Shown one piece after another: positions 59,172 to 64,000 of a stretch of DNA of 64,000 bases. This DNA is from Acutalibacteraceae bacterium. GTDB lineage: Bacteria > Actinomycetota > Coriobacteriia > Coriobacteriales > UMGS124. Where the stretch lies: NCBI GenBank assembly GCA_963619535.1, contig CAVEWV010000002.1:3327-67326 (forward strand), in the 5' to 3' direction. Position 1 is the first letter of the stretch. The number at the start of each line of letters is the position of its first letter. The notes under the pieces were generated by a model, which saw only the letters and a list, made by a program, of their open reading frames with translations, had not been told where the DNA came from and searched no databases. The position numbers and the translations under genes are program-made.

Positions 59172-60155
59172 ATGGAGCACGACGCAGCCCCCTGCGCGCA
59201 AATCGGCCCCGACGAGAGGCTCATACTGCTCTTCTGGGCCCTGAGCCAGCCACTCACCGTCTCGCAGATGGCGCAGCGCGGCCTCTTGGGCCAGCCCGGC
59301 CTGCAGGAGCAGACCTACGAGCGGACGTTTCGCCGCATGCGCGACGACCTCAAGGCAAACGGCATCCACCTCAAGGAGGTCCGCATCTGCGGCCAGGCTG
59401 CCTGGCGCGTGGACAAGTCGGCGACCTATATGGACCCGGCCTCGCAGCTCCAGGTTCCCGCCATGAAGATCTGCATGCTCCTGGAGGCATACCTGGCCTC
59501 GAAGCAGGGCAACGCCCAGCCGGGAAGCGAGGTCTACCTCGAGCGCCTGCGCCGCGCCCACGATAAGCTCGTCTTAGGCAGGGAGACGCCCGTGCTCCTC
59601 GGCGGGCAGGCAGGCCAGCCGGATGGGTGCACGGGCCTGGAGGCGCTCATGGACGCCTACGCCCAGCGGCGGCGCGTGCAGTTCGACTACACCGACGCCA
59701 AGGGCCTCGCCGCACAGCGCGACGTTGAGGTCTACGGCATCTTCCGCCATGACGCACATATGTTCTTTGTGGCATATGACCTGGGCAAATCTGGCATTCG
59801 CGTCTTTCGCGACGACCGCATCGCACCCCAGAGCGTGCAGGTCTGCAAGGAGGCCTACGAGGTGCCGGCTGATTTCAGCGTCGCGAAGTGGCGCGGGCTG
59901 CCCTTCGAATACGGCTCCGACGAGCTCTGCGCGAGCTTTACGCTGATGGGCGACCGCGTCGCAGCCGAGCGCCTCATCCAGGAACGCGGGACCTGGGTCG
60001 ACGAGCACACCTGGCAGGTCGTCGCCCGCAACAAGCAGGCACTTTGCCGATGGGCGGTCAAGGCGCTCCAGGCGGGCCTCCGGCTGACGCGACCCGACGA
60101 CGTTGCCGCCATGCTGGCACAAGGACTGGAGAGGACGGCGCAGGCACATGGCTAG
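59172..60155 (+). CDS. WYL-domain transcriptional regulator, PafB/PafC-like (wHTH + WYL + C-terminal extension)
   Basis: The N-terminal wHTH reads ERLILLFWALSQPLTVSQMAQ. The WYL block reads RRVQFDYTDAKG...RDVEVYGIFRHDAHMFFVAYDLGKSGIRVFRDDRI. AAGGAGG lies before the ATG. Confidence 0.75.
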   Translation: MEHDAAPCAQIGPDERLILLFWALSQPLTVSQMAQRGLLGQPGLQEQTYERTFRRMRDDLKANGIHLKEVRICGQAAWRVDKSATYMDPASQLQVPAMKICMLLEAYLASKQGNAQPGSEVYLERLRRAHDKLVLGRETPVLLGGQAGQPDGCTGLEALMDAYAQRRRVQFDYTDAKGLAAQRDVEVYGIFRHDAHMFFVAYDLGKSGIRVFRDDRIAPQSVQVCKEAYEVPADFSVAKWRGLPFEYGSDELCASFTLMGDRVAAERLIQERGTWVDEHTWQVVARNKQALCRWAVKALQAGLRLTRPDDVAAMLAQGLERTAQAHG

Positions 60156-61152
60156 GGGACGCCAAACCAAGAGCGCGGCTCTCGACAAGATGATCCGCGT
60201 GCTCCAGACGGTGAACGCCCTCTCCCCGCACGACGTCTCTCGCGACGCAGACCCCATCTGCCTGGATGAGTTCGCCCGCCTGGCAGGCATGACGGCCAAG
60301 GAGTGCCGCCGCGTCATCGACAAGATCAACTACGGGTGCGGCGACGTCATCCCGGCCGCCTGGGTCGAGCTCGACGAGCAGGGCATGGTCCATCCCCATC
60401 GGCTCAACTTCGCCTTCGACGGCCTCCTGCGCCTCAACCGCCCCGAGGCCCTCGCGCTGCTCATCGCCCTGCGCTCCTCGGGCGCCGACGGCGACGGGCA
60501 CCTGGCCTCCCTGGTGAGGGGGGCCCTGCCTGACATCGAGGGCGCACGACTCGACACGGTGCTCGGGCAGTCGACGATGCCCGTCGGGGCGCTCGAGACG
60601 CTTGCCGAGGCCATCGCGGGCTCCGAGGTGGTCGAGTTCGACTATCTGGACGCGAGGAACGTCCGGACGCACCGCGCCGTCGAGCCCTGCCAGATCTGGT
60701 ACGACTCGACGCTGGAGACCTGGTCGGTGAGCGCATGGTGCCGGCTGCGACAGGCCATGCGCGTCTTCCGCGTCGACCGCATGCTCAGCGTCCCCGCCGC
60801 CACGGGCGAGTCCTTCACGCCCAAAGACACCCCGGCGCCTACCGCCGGTCAGGGGTCGCTGGGCCAAACCGTGCAGGCGGTGCTTGCCGTGCACGACCCC
60901 GCGGTGCTCGCCCAGGACGCCTGGCCCGGGCTTGAGGAGCTCACCGAGGCGACGCCCGCCCAGCTCGCGGCGCTTTCCGAGCAGGAGCTGGCGCACGGCG
61001 CGTTCGTCGCCCAGATACCCTGGCAGGCCGAGTCGGCCTGGCTCGTGCAACAGGTGGTCGCGAGCCTGGGTGCCGTCGAGGCGCTCGCCCCCGCGCGCCT
61101 GCGCGAGGACGTCCGCGCCCACGCGCGCACGCTGCTCGAGAGGCTCGGCTGA
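60148..61152 (+). CDS. Second WYL-domain regulator, PafB/PafC-like, translationally coupled to the first
   Basis: The WYL block reads VVEFDYLDARNVRTHRAVEPCQIWYDSTLETWSVSAWCRLRQAMRVFRVDRM. It overlaps the upstream gene by 8 nt. Confidence 0.75.
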   Translation: MARGRQTKSAALDKMIRVLQTVNALSPHDVSRDADPICLDEFARLAGMTAKECRRVIDKINYGCGDVIPAAWVELDEQGMVHPHRLNFAFDGLLRLNRPEALALLIALRSSGADGDGHLASLVRGALPDIEGARLDTVLGQSTMPVGALETLAEAIAGSEVVEFDYLDARNVRTHRAVEPCQIWYDSTLETWSVSAWCRLRQAMRVFRVDRMLSVPAATGESFTPKDTPAPTAGQGSLGQTVQAVLAVHDPAVLAQDAWPGLEELTEATPAQLAALSEQELAHGAFVAQIPWQAESAWLVQQVVASLGAVEALAPARLREDVRAHARTLLERLG

Positions 61153-61199
61153 CCTTTCGGGCGCCGTTGCCTGCAGGGGTCGGCGGATGAGCCACTGAC

Positions 61200-61238
61200 A
61201 AAAAACGGGGCGGGCCGCCACTGGCGACTCGCCCCGTT
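61200..61238 (-). terminator. Rho-independent terminator downstream of the DinG-like gene
   Basis: The stem AACGGGGCG/CGCCCCGTT (61204-61212/61230-61238) is followed on the minus strand by TTTTTT. Confidence 0.55.
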
Positions 61239-61365
61239 CCCCCTAAAACACAAAGCGTCGACATCCCCCTGATGAAAAACGCATAACTCACTATAGCGTC
61301 TGCCACTTGCGGCTGCAATAGGTTCTTTTGGCGAATTTTCACCGCAGAGTATATGGAGCCAGGCG

Positions 61366-64000
61366 CTACTCGTGCGTTTTGCGCCAAGTGCGCAGGTAAT
61401 CGCCTATTTCAGCCGCGCCGAGCACCTCGAAGTCCTTCTTGGGCAGCGAGGCCATAAAGACCTTGCCGTACCACATCGACGTCAGGCGCGGGTCCGCCAA
61501 CACGAGCGTCCCCTTGTCGGTGGAGGAGCGGATGAGCCTGCCCACCGCCTGCTTGAAGGCCAGCACGCTCTCGGGCAGGTCGTGGTTGCGCCACGCGTCC
61601 TTGCCCTCGCGCAGCTTGCGCTCAAGCGAGACCGGCTCAGTGGGCGGCGTGAAGGGCAGGCGCGGGATCACCACGCAGCGCAGCGTGTCGCCCTGCGCGT
61701 CGAACCCCTCCCAGAACGACTTCAGCGCGAACAGCGAGCTGGACTTCTCGGCGATAAAGTGCTCGCTGATGCGGCGCACGTTGCTCTTGCGCGACTGACA
61801 GGCCAGCTCAAGGCCATGCTGCGCCAGCTGGGGCGCCACGAGCTCATACATGCGGTCCATCTCGGCGCGGCTCGTGAAGAGCGTGAGCACGCTGCCCTGC
61901 ATGGCCAGGTGTATGTCCACAAGCAGCTTGGGGAGCTCCTCCGTGAAGGCATCCTTCTGCTTGGTGGGGTCGGGCAGGTCGCGCGCCACCACGATCCCCA
62001 TATTCGAGTCGAAGTCGTAGCTCGAGGCGAGCTTGAGGCTCACATAGCCCCCGCGCGCTCGGTCCAGGCCCACCTCGCGGGCGAAGTGGTCGAACCTGTC
62101 GCCCACCGCCATGGTGGCGCTGGAGTACACGACGCTCTGCATCTCGGGATACCAGGCCCCGGCCAGCTGCGCCCCCACGTCCATGGACTCGGCCACGAGC
62201 TCGTAGGCCTCAAAGCCGCTGCGCTGCGTGAACGAGGCGGAGTAGACGTAGTGCGAGTCGGAGCCGTCCAGGATGCACTCAAGCGCCTCGTGGACGCTTG
62301 ACAGGTCGCCCACCGCCCCCAGCAGCTCGCTCAGACGGTCCTGCAGCTCAGGATCGGGGTTGGTCATGTCCGACACGGCCTGCTGGATGGCACGGGCGCA
62401 CTCCACGGCATGGCCGAGCGCCTGGGAGAACGCCCGTCCCGACTCCTCCACGCCCACCCACGCGTCGTTGGCGCGCATCTCGGCGTCTATCCAGATGCTC
62501 TGCGTCTCGTAGGCCTTCTTGGGCGAGACCTTCTTGCAGAACGTCTTGAGGTCCGAGAAGAACAGGCCCGAGGCGATGTAGGAGCGCGACATCTCGCTGG
62601 CGGCCTTGGAGATGAGGCCGCACATGAGCGTCGAGGCCGGCTTGGTGGAGGCGCTGCGCGCAAGCGTGCCCAAGGCGCCGCTCGACGAGCCTCCCACCAG
62701 CTCGAAGGCCGACTGCACCTCGCGGGAGTTCACGCGACGCGCCCACTGCCTGCGGGCTTCCGACTCGGCAGAATGTGCCTCGTCAACCACCCAGAAGCGC
62801 GCGGGCGGCAGCACCTCGATGTCGCTTCCCACCTGGCGGAACAGCAGCGAGTGGTTCGTCACCACCACGTCGCAGCTCTGGGCGCGCTTGCGGGCCAGGT
62901 GCAGGAAGCACTTGTTGGGGAAGAAGGGGCAGCGCCTCTTCTGGCACTCGGTGGAGGTGGAGGTGAGGTCGCCGCGCTGGATCTTGCCCCAGCGCACGCC
63001 CAGCGAGGTCACGTCGCCGTAGGGCGACTGCACGGCGTAGCCCAGCGTCGCCGCAATGGCGTCGAGCAGCTCAGGGCAGGGCTCGGGCAACTTGCGGCCC
63101 TCTCGTGCGTCCCCCTCCCCTTGCGCGGGTGCCGCCGAGGAGCCCGCGCGAAGCCCGACGCGCAGCAGGTGCGCCACCTTGCGCAGGCACGGGTAGTTGT
63201 CGAAGCCCTTGAGGGCCGTGTACTCCACCTTCTCGCCCAGGGCCTGCGCCAGAAGCGGCAGCTCGCGGTTGATGAGCTGGTCTGCCAGGGCGTTCGACTT
63301 GGTGGCAACCCCCACGGTGATGCCGTTTGCGCGGGCGAGCAGCACGCTGGGAAGCAGGTACGCCACCGACTTGCCCACGCCCGTGCCGGCCTCGAGCGCC
63401 GCGGGCTTGCCCTCGCGAAACGCCTGCGCCACGGCAAGCGACATCTGAAGCTGCTCGGAGCGCGGCTCGTACCCCGCATACATCTTGCCCACCGTACCCT
63501 GCGCGGTGAAGGCCTCGCGTATCTCGTCGTCGGCCGGGTAGACGAGGCCCCGGTTCTCGGCGACGTCGCGGGCGTCGTCGCGCGCGCTGGCCGAGGTGCG
63601 CGAGCAGCGCTCCTGGCGTGCGTCGGCAAGCGAGAAGGGCGCGTCGGGCTCCATGGCGGCCATGTGGGCGAAAATGGGCCGGTAGCCCCACTCCACGTCG
63701 GGGTACATCTGCGCCAGGCGCTGCGCCAGCCCCGCCGGCAGGTCGCTCGCCGCCACGAGCAGGATGCGCCACAGCCCGCACGTGGCGATGACGTCGTCGA
63801 TGGCGCGGTGCGTGGAGGCATGCAGGCCGAAGGCGCGCGACAGGTCGTGCAGCTTGTGCGACGACAGGCACGGCAGCACGATGCGCGACAGCTCCAGCGA
63901 GTCTATCCAGGGCCCGCCCACGCTTTCCCCGCCCATGCCCTTCTCCATGAAGTGGCGGTCGAAGGTCGAGTTGTGGGCGATGATGGGGGCGTCCTGCGCA
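61366..64000 (-). CDS. dinG: DnaQ-like 3'-5' exonuclease fused to a DinG/XPD-family helicase; the 5' end lies beyond the window
   Basis: The ExoIII motif is HRAIDDV. Translating 63949-64000 on the same frame gives ...IIAHNSTFDRHF (an Exo II-like motif), so the gene continues past base 64000. The helicase Walker A is EAGTGVGKS and the DEAH box is VVDEAHS. The four-Cys pattern is YPC...ECQKRRCPFFPNKC. Confidence 0.85.
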   Translation of the reverse strand, partial: AQDAPIIAHNSTFDRHFMEKGMGGESVGGPWIDSLELSRIVLPCLSSHKLHDLSRAFGLHASTHRAIDDVIATCGLWRILLVAASDLPAGLAQRLAQMYPDVEWGYRPIFAHMAAMEPDAPFSLADARQERCSRTSASARDDARDVAENRGLVYPADDEIREAFTAQGTVGKMYAGYEPRSEQLQMSLAVAQAFREGKPAALEAGTGVGKSVAYLLPSVLLARANGITVGVATKSNALADQLINRELPLLAQALGEKVEYTALKGFDNYPCLRKVAHLLRVGLRAGSSAAPAQGEGDAREGRKLPEPCPELLDAIAATLGYAVQSPYGDVTSLGVRWGKIQRGDLTSTSTECQKRRCPFFPNKCFLHLARKRAQSCDVVVTNHSLLFRQVGSDIEVLPPARFWVVDEAHSAESEARRQWARRVNSREVQSAFELVGGSSSGALGTLARSASTKPASTLMCGLISKAASEMSRSYIASGLFFSDLKTFCKKVSPKKAYETQSIWIDAEMRANDAWVGVEESGRAFSQALGHAVECARAIQQAVSDMTNPDPELQDRLSELLGAVGDLSSVHEALECILDGSDSHYVYSASFTQRSGFEAYELVAESMDVGAQLAGAWYPEMQSVVYSSATMAVGDRFDHFAREVGLDRARGGYVSLKLASSYDFDSNMGIVVARDLPDPTKQKDAFTEELPKLLVDIHLAMQGSVLTLFTSRAEMDRMYELVAPQLAQHGLELACQSRKSNVRRISEHFIAEKSSSLFALKSFWEGFDAQGDTLRCVVIPRLPFTPPTEPVSLERKLREGKDAWRNHDLPESVLAFKQAVGRLIRSSTDKGTLVLADPRLTSMWYGKVFMASLPKKDFEVLGAAEIGDYLRTWRKTHE

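Noticed and set aside
61193-61201. An exact TTGTCAGTG (minus strand), matching the upstream half of the RecA-NDp motif.
   Set aside because: The sequence 8 nt downstream is GCCGAC rather than a TANNNT -10. The word is simply the T-tract and flank of the dinG terminator (…CGCCCCGTTTTTTGTCAGTGG). It would drive antisense transcription into the WYL gene.

Overview
This is a 64-kb, very GC-rich, gene-dense chromosomal segment. The gene content suggests an anaerobic Actinomycetota, probably Coriobacteriia/Eggerthellaceae-like. That placement is inference only and rests on mIHF, a PafB/PafC-like WYL pair, Tat-exported flavoprotein reductases beside a polytopic LuxR regulator, a four-subunit 2-oxoacid:ferredoxin oxidoreductase and an Etf-linked FAD oxidase.

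I can support about 52 protein-coding genes (two cut by the window edges), 2 tRNAs, several intrinsic terminators and one family of structured intergenic repeats. I saw no rRNA, CRISPR, transposase, integrase or phage genes.

Housekeeping content:
- serS, tlyA, porG-D-A-B and mihF.
- A GlcD-like FAD oxidase with etfB-etfA, and a fused cydDC-type exporter.
- purL, purC, an OmpR-type two-component system, asd-lysC and an RlmD/TrmA-like methyltransferase.
- yqeY-srtB-purF-purM-purN, tRNA-Gly, tRNA-Lys, two trkA-like genes and an exonuclease-DinG fusion.

Most noteworthy observations:
1. A membrane-LuxR regulator followed by two Tat-exported flavoprotein reductases of unknown substrate (37658-42917).
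2. A lower-GC Fic (AMPylase-type) gene bracketed by two 499-bp direct repeats, each carrying an identical di-Mop molybdate-binding gene (31330-34148).
3. A REP-like hairpin element family with a conserved loop and compensatory outer-stem changes (3496-3826, 10505-10622, 29613-29838, 47245-47285).
4. A PafB/PafC-like pair preceded by a RecA-NDp-like promoter motif and convergent with the DinG fusion.
5. A tight TSCPD-Rrf2-Tat-protein operon.
6. An M28-like membrane protein whose metal ligands look substituted.

The many long ORFs in the track that lie antisense to these genes are GC-driven shadow ORFs. All calls come from reading translations, motifs and ribosome-binding sites by eye. No searches or statistics were run, so family names are from memory and start codons are best guesses.
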